A stretch of DNA of 59,394 nt from an uncultured virus (IMG/VR IMGVR_UViG_2061766007_000883) (IMGVR_UViG_2061766007_000883), one strand, 5' to 3'. Positions 39,229 to 49,210 are shown, numbered from the stretch's first letter. Program-made: numbers and translations. Notes: generated by a model not told the origin, from the sequence alone.

Positions 39229-40563
39229 ATGGAAGGCATGCCGGAGAACAAACTAGAGGCGCCGTTCGACAAGCCAAAGGAAAGCAAGCCAGACGAGACG
39301 TTCGCGGAGTCGTTCGAGGAGCCCACGCAGACCGTGTCGCCCGAGCTCAGCTACGACTTCCTAGACGGGGCGCGGATAAAGGTGGCGGACACGGCGAAGC
39401 ATCCGTACAACATCAAGCTGGTGCACAAGCCGTCGGGCGTCGTGTGCCATGACGGGCTCGTCCAGCCGGGGGACACGCTGAGGGCGCACAAGAAGTATTG
39501 CGTGGCGTGGCACGTGGAGGCCACGCGTCAGGGCGACACAACTCCGTTCCAGACATGGGACACGGATTTGACGAACCGCAACGTGCTCGTCCAGTGCCCG
39601 GGGACGAAGTCCGTGGCGATTGGCGACATGGTGGCGATGGCCACGTGGTTCCCGCTGTTCCGCCGCAAGCACCAGTGCAACCTGTACGTGGCCATGGCCG
39701 AGCCCATGCGCTCCCTGCTGGCTCCGGGCATGCGGGACGTCACGTTCATCCCGCACTCGGACATACGGACAATCGAGAACCTCTACGCGGAGTACAGGAT
39801 GGGACTGTTCTGGAACGACAAGGAGCACGACAAGGCGCCCGTCGACCACAGGCTTGCGGGCAACTTCCGCAACTACGCGTACATCCTGGGGCTCACGCCG
39901 GACGAGACAGCGGAAGCCATCCATCCTTATATAAAGGTGTCGGACGAGCGGCCGATACAGGAGCCGTACGTGTGCATCGCCGTGCAGGCGTCCGCCGCAT
40001 GCAAGACGTGGCAGGGCGACAACCACAGGGGATGGTACAACCTGGTGCGCAGGCTGAAGGCCGCAGGGTACAGGGTGCTGTGCATCGACAAGGAGCCCGT
40101 GTACGGCAAGAACTCGTGGCACATGGAGATTCCCAACGGCGCGGAGGACTGGACAGGCAACCGCCCGCTGCAGGAGCGGTGCGACTTGATAGCCCATGCG
40201 GACTTCTTCGTGGGCGGTTCCTCAGGCTTGGCGTGGCTGGCATGGTGCGTGGACACGCCCGTCGTCCTCATCAGCGGATTCACGGAGGACTTCAACGAGT
40301 TCCATACACCGTACAGGGTGCGCAACAGGATATCCTGCTCAGGGTGCTGGAACGACGTGTCGCTGGATTTCGACCACGGCGACATCATGTGGTGCCCGCG
40401 TCACTGGGGCGATCCGGGCAGGATTCACGAGTGCTCCCGGCTGATAACGACGAAGCTCGTCATGGAGGCCGTGGAGCGCATACCCGCGTACAGGCGGCAG
40501 GTCGGGTCCCTTGGAGCAGTCGAGGAGGCCGCCGGGGATGTCTTGGAAGTAAAGCGTCATTAA
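39229..40563 (+). CDS. Aah/TibC-family autotransporter O-heptosyltransferase (GT-B fold, Fe-binding Cys motif)
   Basis: Colinear family motifs: YDFLDGARI, KKY, IGD, Y.MGLF, PVD.R..G, AYILG, EPYVCIA.Q, GYRVLCIDK, GAEDWTG..PLQER, SGLAWLAW, PVVLISGF, CSGCWND...FDH.D..WCPRH...ECSRLIT. Confidence 0.9.
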   Translation: MEGMPENKLEAPFDKPKESKPDETFAESFEEPTQTVSPELSYDFLDGARIKVADTAKHPYNIKLVHKPSGVVCHDGLVQPGDTLRAHKKYCVAWHVEATRQGDTTPFQTWDTDLTNRNVLVQCPGTKSVAIGDMVAMATWFPLFRRKHQCNLYVAMAEPMRSLLAPGMRDVTFIPHSDIRTIENLYAEYRMGLFWNDKEHDKAPVDHRLAGNFRNYAYILGLTPDETAEAIHPYIKVSDERPIQEPYVCIAVQASAACKTWQGDNHRGWYNLVRRLKAAGYRVLCIDKEPVYGKNSWHMEIPNGAEDWTGNRPLQERCDLIAHADFFVGGSSGLAWLAWCVDTPVVLISGFTEDFNEFHTPYRVRNRISCSGCWNDVSLDFDHGDIMWCPRHWGDPGRIHECSRLITTKLVMEAVERIPAYRRQVGSLGAVEEAAGDVLEVKRH

Positions 40564-40582
40564 TATCTAATAGATATTAATG
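40558..40582. repeat. perfect 11-bp palindrome CATTAATATCT-AAT-AGATATTAATG
   Basis: Direct reading; related to 41408-41442. Confidence 0.85.
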
Positions 40583-40595
40583 GAAGGAGCATGAA

Positions 40596-40907
40596 ATGAT
40601 TGCAGGGAATGACAAGCTACAGAAGGCGATGGATGATTTATGGGAGCTCACGGAGGGGCTCCAGAAGACGGTCGCGGTGGCGGTGCAGTACGAGGAATCC
40701 CTTCCGACCCATGGCGAACTGCGCAAGGGAGACCTGGAAGTCGACTGGGAGCTGGACGAGCACTGTCAGCTGCTTGCGAACCTCAGGACGCCCGGACAGG
40801 ACGGATGGCTCACGGTCTATGCAGGATACGCGGACAACGTGTACCCCAAGCTGTGGTATTATGGATGCGCACGGCTCGTGAAAGCGTATGCGGGAGGAGC
40901 GCGATGA
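40596..40907 (+). CDS. hypothetical protein
   Basis: AAGGAG RBS. Confidence 0.6.
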   Translation: MIAGNDKLQKAMDDLWELTEGLQKTVAVAVQYEESLPTHGELRKGDLEVDWELDEHCQLLANLRTPGQDGWLTVYAGYADNVYPKLWYYGCARLVKAYAGGAR

Positions 40908-41155
40908 AAATACTGGAAGGAATCACGACAGGCGTATGCCGGCTGCTTGGGCTCGTCATCTGCTTCTGCTGGGTGCTTCCGTGCTGTTTTGTCGCATTGG
41001 TACCCGGTATCGTGCTGGCATTGGCCATGGCGCTGGTGCACCCCGTCGTGGAAGGTTGTTCCAGAAAGGCGAGCGACAAGCTGTCCGGCATCCTGCGCAA
41101 TGAAATCGTCGAGCGGTGCAGGGACGCCTACCGGTGGGTCATGGAGCTTATGTAG
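40904..41155 (+). CDS. small membrane protein
   Basis: GGAGG RBS; ATGA overlap; hydrophobic; related to the next gene. Confidence 0.65.
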   Translation: MKILEGITTGVCRLLGLVICFCWVLPCCFVALVPGIVLALAMALVHPVVEGCSRKASDKLSGILRNEIVERCRDAYRWVMELM

Positions 41156-41164
41156 GAGACCGGC

Positions 41165-41404
41165 ATGGAAGACATCGCACGCAGTTTTATGACGTTCCTA
41201 TTGGGGCTGTTCTGCGCCGTGTGGGTGCCGCTCCTGGTCGTGGCCATGGGGATGCTGTTCCTCATGACGGCCGTCGTGGGCTTCCTGTGCATGACGGTCA
41301 TGGCCGTGCACCATCCGACGGGGCTGATGCTCCTTCGGGTGTATTCGGACGTGTTCCTGGACAGGGCGCGTGCGGTGGCGCGATGGGTTGTGGATTTAGT
41401 ATGA
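41165..41404 (+). CDS. small membrane protein
   Basis: AGGAG RBS; hydrophobic; HP and RWV..L motifs shared with the previous gene. Confidence 0.65.
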   Translation: MEDIARSFMTFLLGLFCAVWVPLLVVAMGMLFLMTAVVGFLCMTVMAVHHPTGLMLLRVYSDVFLDRARAVARWVVDLV

Positions 41405-41407
41405 GTG

Positions 41408-41442
41408 TCCTTTATTAATCTCTGATAGAGATTAATAAAGGA
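41408..41442. repeat. perfect 16-bp palindrome TCCTTTATTAATCTCT-GAT-AGAGATTAATAAAGGA
   Basis: Direct reading. Confidence 0.9.
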
Positions 41443-41469
41443 TGACAAACCGAAAAAGGACACAGTATT

Positions 41470-41862
41470 ATGATGTTTGTGAGACTGGACATGTTCCAGA
41501 AGATGGAGCATGAGCCGTTGTTCGACGGCGGGAGGCCTATACCGTTTCTCGGCTTCCAGACCAACGTCAAGTTCTACAAGGAGCTTCCATGCCGCGAGGC
41601 AGAGGAGTTCATCCGCGTGGGAATATCCACGGCGCTGACGCAGTTGATGCAGGCGAAGGATTACGAGTATGCAGGCGTGATTCCCGTGGCGATTGTCACA
41701 AGCGGGATATCCTGCGTGAACTGCTACCGTGAGGACGAGCGCGTGCTGTACGCATACGACATGTGTCTGCATAAGCAGCTGATAAAGAAGCTGGAGCCAG
41801 GCGCCATCAATCTGGAGTTCTGGAAAGCAATGGAGTTCGACAACAAAGAAAACAAAGGATAA
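41470..41862 (+). CDS. hypothetical protein
   Basis: AAGGA RBS. Confidence 0.65.
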   Translation: MMFVRLDMFQKMEHEPLFDGGRPIPFLGFQTNVKFYKELPCREAEEFIRVGISTALTQLMQAKDYEYAGVIPVAIVTSGISCVNCYREDERVLYAYDMCLHKQLIKKLEPGAINLEFWKAMEFDNKENKG

Positions 41863-41871
41863 ATCGAAACG

Positions 41872-42088
41872 ATGAATGAACCAAAATATAAAAAGGGACC
41901 GTGGTGGGTGTTGCGAGAGGGCAGGCAGGACTTGTTCGTCGAGCCCGGCATCTACTACAAGGACCTATCAGGGCTGTCGGACGAGGAGCGGGAGGAGGCG
42001 TATGCCAATGCAGACCTGTCGGCATGCGCCCCGGAGCTTCTGGAGAGCGAAATCAAGAACCTGCCGCTCCTGCAGGCGGCGCTGGAGG
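41872..42088 (+). CDS. phage hypothetical protein (GPW...ANADL..APELLE type), truncated at a 10-N gap
   Basis: Motif pattern common in small phage proteins. Confidence 0.6.
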
Positions 42089-42177
42089 NNNNNNNNNNCC
42101 CAGCCGGTTACGTTTGTGTCCCACAGCAACAGGAAACACGCGGTGTCGGCAAAGGAACGCAAGAAAAGGAAACGCAA

Positions 42178-42393
42178 ATGTTAATTCCTATTAGTTGTGT
42201 GTTCATAGGGTGGGCGCTTGGAGTGGCGTCCATGTGGGGGCTCGTCGCCCGCTATGAACGTAGAATCAGGAACCTGGAGGATGCGCTGGAGAACCAGCAT
42301 GAATGGGTCAAATGGCGCGACCTAGAGTTCACAAGATTGAGGACACGCTGGGCCAGTTGGCGCAGGAAACATAGGAGGCAAGGATGCCGCTGA
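42178..42393 (+). CDS. small membrane-anchored protein
   Basis: AAGGA RBS; N-terminal TM segment. Confidence 0.55.
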   Translation: MLIPISCVFIGWALGVASMWGLVARYERRIRNLEDALENQHEWVKWRDLEFTRLRTRWASWRRKHRRQGCR

Positions 42394-42710
42394 CGAAAGA
42401 AGACAAAACTTGGCTTGAGGCAAAGGGAGCCAAGGAGAAGAACGGGGAGTGGTCGTTGAACTATGGTCACTTCATCGTGACACTGAGGGATTCGTATTTG
42501 CCCAATGGCGTGCAGGGTGTCTGCTGCGGCATGTCGCTGGTCGACACAGGCGTGACGGACTACGGCACGTACTACAGTTGCTGTGCCGAGACAGCAAAAG
42601 CGGCGTTGGACAGGTGCATGGCAGTCATGAACACGCGCTGGGGCAGGATGGCCGAGGGCGTCAATGCCATGACCAAGTTTGCAAAGGAATTAAAAGGAGA
42701 CAAGCAATGA
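42384..42710 (+). CDS. hypothetical protein
   Basis: AGGAGG RBS. Confidence 0.65.
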   Translation: MPLTKEDKTWLEAKGAKEKNGEWSLNYGHFIVTLRDSYLPNGVQGVCCGMSLVDTGVTDYGTYYSCCAETAKAALDRCMAVMNTRWGRMAEGVNAMTKFAKELKGDKQ

Positions 42711-43168
42711 TATTTCTGTTGTATGTCGTATTGATGCTGGACAACTTCAGAGGAGCCGAAGGATTCTTCCTGGTGTTGTCCATCGTGTGCGCTGTGGCGG
42801 GGCTCATCATCTTCGGTTGCAATCTGGATGACTCCATATTGCAGGGAAACGAGACAGAGGAACACATGGCGGACCTTACCAAGAAAGCCCGCAAATGGCT
42901 GTCCGTAAGTGGCAAGATGTTTCGGGTTGGCCTGGTTAGTTGCTTTATATGGACGATAGCATTGGTATTCACGCCTGACACCCGAACGGGGCTCATCCTC
43001 ATGGGCTTGAGCAAAATCCAACAGATAGGCATGTCCGTTGAACAGCAGACAGGCGTGTACAAGAAGGCGCTCAAGTTGCTGGAGTTGAAGATGGACGAAG
43101 CCCTGGACAAGGCAGGAGCACCACCAGAGCAGACGTCGCAGTTGCCCGAACAAACGGGTGATAAGTGA
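42707..43168 (+). CDS. membrane protein
   Basis: AAGGAG RBS; ATGA overlap; 2-3 TM segments. Confidence 0.7.
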   Translation: MIFLLYVVLMLDNFRGAEGFFLVLSIVCAVAGLIIFGCNLDDSILQGNETEEHMADLTKKARKWLSVSGKMFRVGLVSCFIWTIALVFTPDTRTGLILMGLSKIQQIGMSVEQQTGVYKKALKLLELKMDEALDKAGAPPEQTSQLPEQTGDK

Positions 43169-43220
43169 AAAAAAAAAANNNNNNNNNNNNNNNNNNNNNN
43201 NTTTCTTTTGGGAGAGTATC

Positions 43221-43793
43221 ATGAAAAGATTTATTTTGCTTTTAGTCATGGCTTTGTCCGCCTATTCGGCGGATTACAAGCTCACCATCGACAGCAGAAA
43301 CGGCGTGAAGATCGACGGCACTCTCCGTGTCGGAAGATTCATACAGCGCAAGGATAAGACGATTCTGGTGGCGCATATGCGCAAGCCGACGCACGATGAA
43401 GTGCCGTTCATCAAGAAGGAGCTGCACGAGTCGCCGTTCGATTGCCAGGTCATGGACTCGGTCAACGGACATAAAATGTTTCTGTTCACACGGCACATGG
43501 TGTCGGACTTCATCGACGAGTCACAGCGGTCCATGACCACGCCTGCGCTTGTCAAGTATCTGGAGGAACACGGAGGTGACTGGTGCATGCGGGGCGATGT
43601 ATACGGCGTGCAGGGAGACAGAATCACGTTCTGTGGCTGGTACAGCCAGCGGACGATGGGCTGGGACGCCAAGAACGGCGAGGATGCCATTTGGGGTGCG
43701 TTCCGCATTACACGGTACGGATTGCCGTTGCCTTTCAGCTTTGAGGAGGGCATGGAGCAGAAGGAGCAACTGGAGAAGCAGGATAAGCCATGA
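43221..43793 (+). CDS. secreted hypothetical protein
   Basis: GGAG RBS; signal peptide MKRFILLLVMALSAYSA. Confidence 0.7.
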   Translation: MKRFILLLVMALSAYSADYKLTIDSRNGVKIDGTLRVGRFIQRKDKTILVAHMRKPTHDEVPFIKKELHESPFDCQVMDSVNGHKMFLFTRHMVSDFIDESQRSMTTPALVKYLEEHGGDWCMRGDVYGVQGDRITFCGWYSQRTMGWDAKNGEDAIWGAFRITRYGLPLPFSFEEGMEQKEQLEKQDKP

Positions 43794-44518
43794 AATACGA
43801 ATTTGAAATTGTCAAGACAATCAACGGACGTATCCGCGTGGAGGCCGCTAGCGAGTCCGAAGCCCGTTGCTCGGCGTTTGACATCATCGAACAGGGAGTC
43901 AAGCTGGACTTGGTCGAGTTCTCGGATGCGAAGCGTCCACGCAGGCCATTCAAGCCCGGACGGCCTGAGCCTGCGGACTTCGTGTCGTTTCCGGAAATGG
44001 TGCGCCGAATCAGGAACATCCAGCCGAACAACCTTCGCTGGGGTGTCGTGGCCTCTTTGCTGCGGCGTGTGGTCTTATACGCTATGCAGAAGCCCGGCTG
44101 GGATATAAAGATGGCGGCGCTCAGATGCATCAAGCGCAGATGCCGTTCCATATCGCGCATAGAGACTGACATGTTCGAGAACCGCATGTACGCGTTCCAG
44201 GATGACAAAAGCGGCTGGGATAAGGCGTACACCATGCTGTGGAAGGAATTCGAGCGGAAGCCGTCCGTTGCCAGTCTGCGCCAGACTTTCAGCGTGGAGA
44301 CGTACGGGCTGGTGTTCCCTGTCGACCACAGTGACACGGTGTTCATGGCGAATATCCTGAAAGGCATAGGCAAGAGCGTCTACAGGATAGATACGCCGAC
44401 GACCATCCGTGCGGCCGCGCTTGCGGCGTTCCTGCTGATGATGCAGGGTGTGCTCAAACCAGAATTAACCACCAATGAAGACATGCTTAAGGAGTTGCAA
44501 TGTGGAAGCGTAAATTGA
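43790..44518 (+). CDS. hypothetical protein
   Basis: ATGA overlap. Confidence 0.7.
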   Translation: MKYEFEIVKTINGRIRVEAASESEARCSAFDIIEQGVKLDLVEFSDAKRPRRPFKPGRPEPADFVSFPEMVRRIRNIQPNNLRWGVVASLLRRVVLYAMQKPGWDIKMAALRCIKRRCRSISRIETDMFENRMYAFQDDKSGWDKAYTMLWKEFERKPSVASLRQTFSVETYGLVFPVDHSDTVFMANILKGIGKSVYRIDTPTTIRAAALAAFLLMMQGVLKPELTTNEDMLKELQCGSVN

Positions 44519-45476
44519 TTGATGATACGGACGAAGCAAGTTTTGTCCTCAAGATGATGCGGCTGGCGTTGAACAGCATGCAGGCGCCTAGGCGGGTGCT
44601 CATGCTGAACGTGATGCTTGGTACATATTCCAAACGCACGCCTGCCGAGGCGTACGCGCTGACGAAACGGGCGAATGAAATCATGGCGTTCATGGGGTTC
44701 GACTCCGTGATACAGACGACGTTCATCCAGCACGCCAGAATTTATCCTGCGCATGTTGCTGGATGGTCATTGTGGCAGCGGTCGGCTCGGTTCTCCGTCA
44801 TGACGGCAGAAAGTCTCCTGGCCATCTTCCAGGCCAACGGCGCCACATGCTCCCATTTCCTGGCGACTCTGAAACAGCCGTTGGTGTGCGCCCCGATGGC
44901 GCCCATGCATCCTGTCATATCCGCATCCATCGTCGCCATGACCGTTGCCATGTACGAGATGGGCGTGCTGACCAAAGGTGTCAGCACATGGGCGCACGTC
45001 TGCACGAAGAATCTCGTGTACAACAAGAAAACGATGCATATCGACTATATCCTGTATGTCATGGACAAGGCTGTCGGGGCCAAAGTGGACGGGGATGAGT
45101 TTATCGGCGCCGTCGCCAATGAGAACCCAAACGCACCGTACACAAGGGACATGGTGCAGTGCTTCCTTGCGGGGCATTTATACAAGCAGACAAAGGAAGG
45201 CATTGCCAAGCTGGCCAGCGACCTTGTCATGGCCGGCGGAACGATATTGGCCGACACGCNNNNNNNNNNNNNNNNNNNGACCCGGCGCCCGCGCCGAACG
45301 CCGTGCTGGAATGGCACAAAGGCATCCGTATCGTCAGCCCGGAAGGGCGTGGCTACTTTCCTCTGGCATGCGACATGGAGGCCTGGATGCGCAAGCAGGA
45401 CATCTGGAATACGAACGATATGTTCGAGGGGTCGAAAGACCTGACGTTTGAGTCGATATTCACAGGAGGTGAGTGA
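44500..45476 (+). CDS. hypothetical protein, paralogue of 45478-46449 (frame changes across N gap)
   Basis: AEAYA...NEIMAFMGF, HFLAT and YFPLACDMEAW...TFESIF match the next gene. Confidence 0.7.
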
Positions 45477-45477
45477 T

Positions 45478-46449
45478 ATGTCATTGACATTGATAAAGGA
45501 CGCCAACATAGTGCGCCGGGTCATCGGCATGGTGGCTCTGGGATGGGGCTCCATGCCGGCATCCAAGCGCAATATCTACACGCAGGCGCTGTTGCGTGTC
45601 AACGACCGTCTGACCGCGAGCGAGGCACTGGCTTACGCCGCGTCGGTGAACGGCATCATGGCGCTCATGGGGTATGCCAAAGTGGCTCAATGGCTGTTCA
45701 TGTCCGAACATCGGCTGTACCCGGCCAATGAATCCGGATGGACGTGGTTCGAGAAGGAGTTCAAGGGCTCCAAGTTGTCAGGCCCTAGCCTGTGGAACAT
45801 CTACAGGACGGAGCCGAAGACATTCGGCCACTTTCTGGCCACGTACAAGTACACTCAGCCTATTGACATCGTGCCGGTTAACCTGTATGAAGACGATGTG
45901 ACAAACACGGCGACAGCCATGATAGTGGCGTTGCACATCATGGGCAAGCTGCCTAGGTACATAAGCAATTGGGTGCACAACTTGACACAGAAGAACATCG
46001 AGAAGGAGCCGTTAAGGACGACATACGTCTTGGATGTCATGTCAAGGGCAAATCAGGCGGACAAGTTGGATTTCATGTGTGACACCGTCACGTCGTACGC
46101 TTCCAAGGAGCACATCGAGTGCTTCTTCAACAAGTGGCTGTATCCAAGGACGCCTGAGGGGCTGAACAGGCTGATGGACGACTTGAAGAACGCAGTCTGG
46201 TCGGTCAGGCGGGCGGTGTTGGCGAACTACGCCAAGTATCCGCAATATGTGACATGGGACACGACCTCGGACACGGGTGTGCTCATAGAGCTATCCGCGT
46301 CCGGATTGCGTCCGACGTCCATGACGCAGGATTGCTATTACTTCCTTGCCAGGGACTACGAGGCGTGGAAGCGTAAGAGGGGCGAATGGCCCGAAGACGA
46401 GGATGATTTGAGAAATGTGACTTTCGACGATATTTTCAAGGAGCATTGA
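45478..46449 (+). CDS. hypothetical protein, paralogue of 44500-45476
   Basis: SEALA...NGIMALMGY; HFLAT; YFLARDYEAW...TFDDIF. Confidence 0.75.
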   Translation: MSLTLIKDANIVRRVIGMVALGWGSMPASKRNIYTQALLRVNDRLTASEALAYAASVNGIMALMGYAKVAQWLFMSEHRLYPANESGWTWFEKEFKGSKLSGPSLWNIYRTEPKTFGHFLATYKYTQPIDIVPVNLYEDDVTNTATAMIVALHIMGKLPRYISNWVHNLTQKNIEKEPLRTTYVLDVMSRANQADKLDFMCDTVTSYASKEHIECFFNKWLYPRTPEGLNRLMDDLKNAVWSVRRAVLANYAKYPQYVTWDTTSDTGVLIELSASGLRPTSMTQDCYYFLARDYEAWKRKRGEWPEDEDDLRNVTFDDIFKEH

Positions 46450-46451
46450 CC

Positions 46452-47009
46452 ATGGTGAAAAAAGAATCAGTTGAACATATTCTGGACTACGTCGGCCGGA
46501 ACAATCCTATTTCAGACGACTACTGGCCCGGTATCTGCCGGGCGATATTGAACGACGTTGTCAAGGACGTGCGTGAGTGCGCGGACAACGACGCGTGGAA
46601 TGAAGACGACGTGCGGTTGGCCGTCGGACGCGTCCTCTGTGCGCGGCTCGGCATAGACAAGGACGGAGAGCCTATCGTGGACAATGACAAGTACGATGTT
46701 GTGCAACTTCCGTGGGACGACATTCCGGCGTTGTTCGTGGACGGTCGTGTCAAGCGTTCCCTGATACCAAAAGGCCTGTATGCATACGACCTTCGCGGCA
46801 GCGACGACGATCCAGGCGAGCCTTGCAATCTGGAAGCCCATGTGGTTGTGAATCATGCGGGCACGGTCATCACGGCCACGGAAATCACGATACCCGAATG
46901 CGGGTACTTGGATTTGGGCGAGGGTTTGAACTTCCTAGGGGATTCAATGACTATGTCCGAATTCAAAGAAGCTATGCAGAAGGAGGTACGCCATGGGGTA
47001 CAACAGTGA
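46452..47009 (+). CDS. protein with C-terminal LPD28-like domain
   Basis: ALFVDGRV....IPKGLYAYDLRGSDDDPGEPCNLEAHVVVNHAGTVIT. Confidence 0.7.
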   Translation: MVKKESVEHILDYVGRNNPISDDYWPGICRAILNDVVKDVRECADNDAWNEDDVRLAVGRVLCARLGIDKDGEPIVDNDKYDVVQLPWDDIPALFVDGRVKRSLIPKGLYAYDLRGSDDDPGEPCNLEAHVVVNHAGTVITATEITIPECGYLDLGEGLNFLGDSMTMSEFKEAMQKEVRHGVQQ

Positions 47010-47598
47010 GGTCGGCCTTTTGTTCAACAAGGAAGCGGTCGCCTTGATGGACGCGGATGTCAGGAAAGCCATTGACCGCATATTCGAGACAGTCAGGACG
47101 CTGGACAACGGCGGCATGCTTTGCCACTCGGCCAACATCAAGTGGGATTACGACATTCCGGAAGTCGACACCGTTCATGTGTTTCTGATGGGTTTGGACG
47201 ACGAAGCGACAGCAAGGTGCGAGTTTCTCCGTCTCGGCGATGACGATGACGACAACGACAGGCGGGCGTACGGGAGCAGCGGGGAGTGCCAGCTGTGGTT
47301 CGAGCGGACGATAAGCCTGCGAGGCGAGCCTTTGGCGGACAAGCCATATACGAAGGAGTCCGTGCATGTCTTGCTGATGTACAAGAAAGGCTGGAAGGCC
47401 GGCCAGGCCATCGTCCATTGCACGCGGACGCTGCGGGATGCGGTCGACAAAGTGCTGGCATGCATTGAGCAGACACAGAACATAGCGCAGGAGGAGCGTC
47501 CCGCGCTGGTGCAGAAAGTAAGGTCCAGCTTGCTGACGGAAGGCGGCTGGAAAGGAAGTGACGGAACAATCTATTCATACAGGTGCGAGCATATATGA
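46993..47598 (+). CDS. phage hypothetical protein
   Basis: AAGGAGG RBS; MGYNSEV...KW...FLRLGDD pattern. Confidence 0.7.
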   Translation: MGYNSEVGLLFNKEAVALMDADVRKAIDRIFETVRTLDNGGMLCHSANIKWDYDIPEVDTVHVFLMGLDDEATARCEFLRLGDDDDDNDRRAYGSSGECQLWFERTISLRGEPLADKPYTKESVHVLLMYKKGWKAGQAIVHCTRTLRDAVDKVLACIEQTQNIAQEERPALVQKVRSSLLTEGGWKGSDGTIYSYRCEHI

Positions 47599-48314
47599 GC
47601 GACATGATTGAAATCGTTAAAGCATGCAGCACGTACGGAGGTCATTATCTCCGTGCATGTGTGCTATTGGCCAAATTCAGAGGGTTGCTGGACACGTTCG
47701 ACGAAGCGACGGACGAGCTTACCGAAAGTTTCGGCGGCACGTGGGGCCGTATCAGGCGCAACACCACCGAGGACGGCGCGACTGTCTGGGCGGTTACCAT
47801 ACGCAACAGTGGGGAGAAGCCAGTGACTTGCGTGAGCGGCGCCTATCAGGGAGCCATCGACGCCTTGCGCGCCAAGTTGAACAAGCAGCTGGACGCCAAA
47901 GAGGAGCTTCTGATTAAGGACTACCGGGAATGGCAGACGGATACGGAACGCATCGAGGCGAGCCAAAGTGATTCCGTATCGTTCGTCAAGTATTACACAG
48001 GGGCGAACAACGACGTGGTGATGTTCAAGTTCAGGCTCGAATACATCAAAACGGCTGAGAACAAGCCCTGTGTCACAGGCTTCAAAGGGCTGTTGTGCTG
48101 GCAGCTTGTCCGTGCCGAAATCAACTGCGTGACGAGAATACGCAAGGTGTTGAAGGATGGTCTGGCCATTCCATGGTTGGATGCCGACCAGGTAGTGCCT
48201 GAGCTTGCCCGCCGTATCCGTGCGCATGCGGTCAAGTTCGCAGGCGAGGGCGGACTATCCCAGCAGTTCCTGGACCTTCTAGCGGACAAGGAGGCCAAGC
48301 ATGATTCCAAGTGA
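47595..48314 (+). CDS. hypothetical protein
   Basis: Contiguous ORF. Confidence 0.65.
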   Translation: MSDMIEIVKACSTYGGHYLRACVLLAKFRGLLDTFDEATDELTESFGGTWGRIRRNTTEDGATVWAVTIRNSGEKPVTCVSGAYQGAIDALRAKLNKQLDAKEELLIKDYREWQTDTERIEASQSDSVSFVKYYTGANNDVVMFKFRLEYIKTAENKPCVTGFKGLLCWQLVRAEINCVTRIRKVLKDGLAIPWLDADQVVPELARRIRAHAVKFAGEGGLSQQFLDLLADKEAKHDSK

Positions 48315-48657
48315 TGATTCGGAAGCCATGCACATGGCGGAAATCGAGGACGGCATGGAAGTCGTGCATGAACCCTACACGGAGGAGAAGCTGGCGTATG
48401 TCAAGCGACGCATGCACAGCTTCACGGACGCCCAAGTGGGGAAGTATATTGTGACGAAGGACTCGAAACGTCCTGAATGCCCGTGTCTGTATCTGGTTGA
48501 CAGACGCAAGACGCGGTCGATGTGGTGGTCGCCCTATGCCGGACTGGCCATGGTGTTCGACCATAAGGAGGCGGCGCTCCATACGGCGTCCCGCCTCAAA
48601 CACGGAAAGGTGTCCGTGAGACGTATCGGGCACGGAATGACAGGAACAAAGGCATGA
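48301..48657 (+). CDS. hypothetical protein
   Basis: AAGGAGG RBS. Confidence 0.65.
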   Translation: MIPSDDSEAMHMAEIEDGMEVVHEPYTEEKLAYVKRRMHSFTDAQVGKYIVTKDSKRPECPCLYLVDRRKTRSMWWSPYAGLAMVFDHKEAALHTASRLKHGKVSVRRIGHGMTGTKA

Positions 48658-48908
48658 AGAAGAAACTGGACAGCAAATACATGGCCTACGCATTCGTGGC
48701 CCTGCTGGGGCACCTGGTGCTTCCTGCGGGGCTCCGCTGGATGTCCATCAAGGCGTTCAGCCAAATCGGCAAGAACCCGCAGTCCGTGTTCCCGTGGGAG
48801 TTCGTGTCGGACGTGCTGAACTTCGACGCCATCATTGCGTCCATAGTTCTGCTGGTGCTGACCATCCTGTTCGTGTTGATAAGCTGCATACCGCAGGAGG
48901 ACAAGTAA
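48654..48908 (+). CDS. small two-TM membrane protein
   Basis: ATGA overlap; two hydrophobic segments. Confidence 0.65.
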   Translation: MKKKLDSKYMAYAFVALLGHLVLPAGLRWMSIKAFSQIGKNPQSVFPWEFVSDVLNFDAIIASIVLLVLTILFVLISCIPQEDK

Positions 48909-49210
48909 TGTTTTCTGAACCGGAAGAACAGATTCTGAAGGAAGCCGAGGCCATCCAGGACCCGGTGGACGGGGCGTGGCGCAAGAACTTCGACGGCGCG
49001 AAGTTCAAGTTCAGCCACTCCGGCGGCTACGCCAGATGCTCCGTGCATGTCGGAGACATCGCGGTCGGCATTGAGTCGAAGCGCGGTCTGTCGGGACTCG
49101 TGGCCAGTGTGATTGAGAAGATGGACAGCGGGTTCATCCCCACGTGGAAGATGGACCCGTCCGTCAGGGAATGGCTTGAGAAAATGAAGCCGAAGGAGCA
49201 GTCGAAATGA
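48908..49210 (+). CDS. hypothetical protein
   Basis: AGGAGG RBS; TAATG overlap. Confidence 0.65.
   Translation: MFSEPEEQILKEAEAIQDPVDGAWRKNFDGAKFKFSHSGGYARCSVHVGDIAVGIESKRGLSGLVASVIEKMDSGFIPTWKMDPSVREWLEKMKPKEQSK

Noticed and set aside
44500..45476. Programmed frameshift or pseudogene
   Set aside because: The frame change coincides with an N gap of uncertain length, and the paralogue is continuous.
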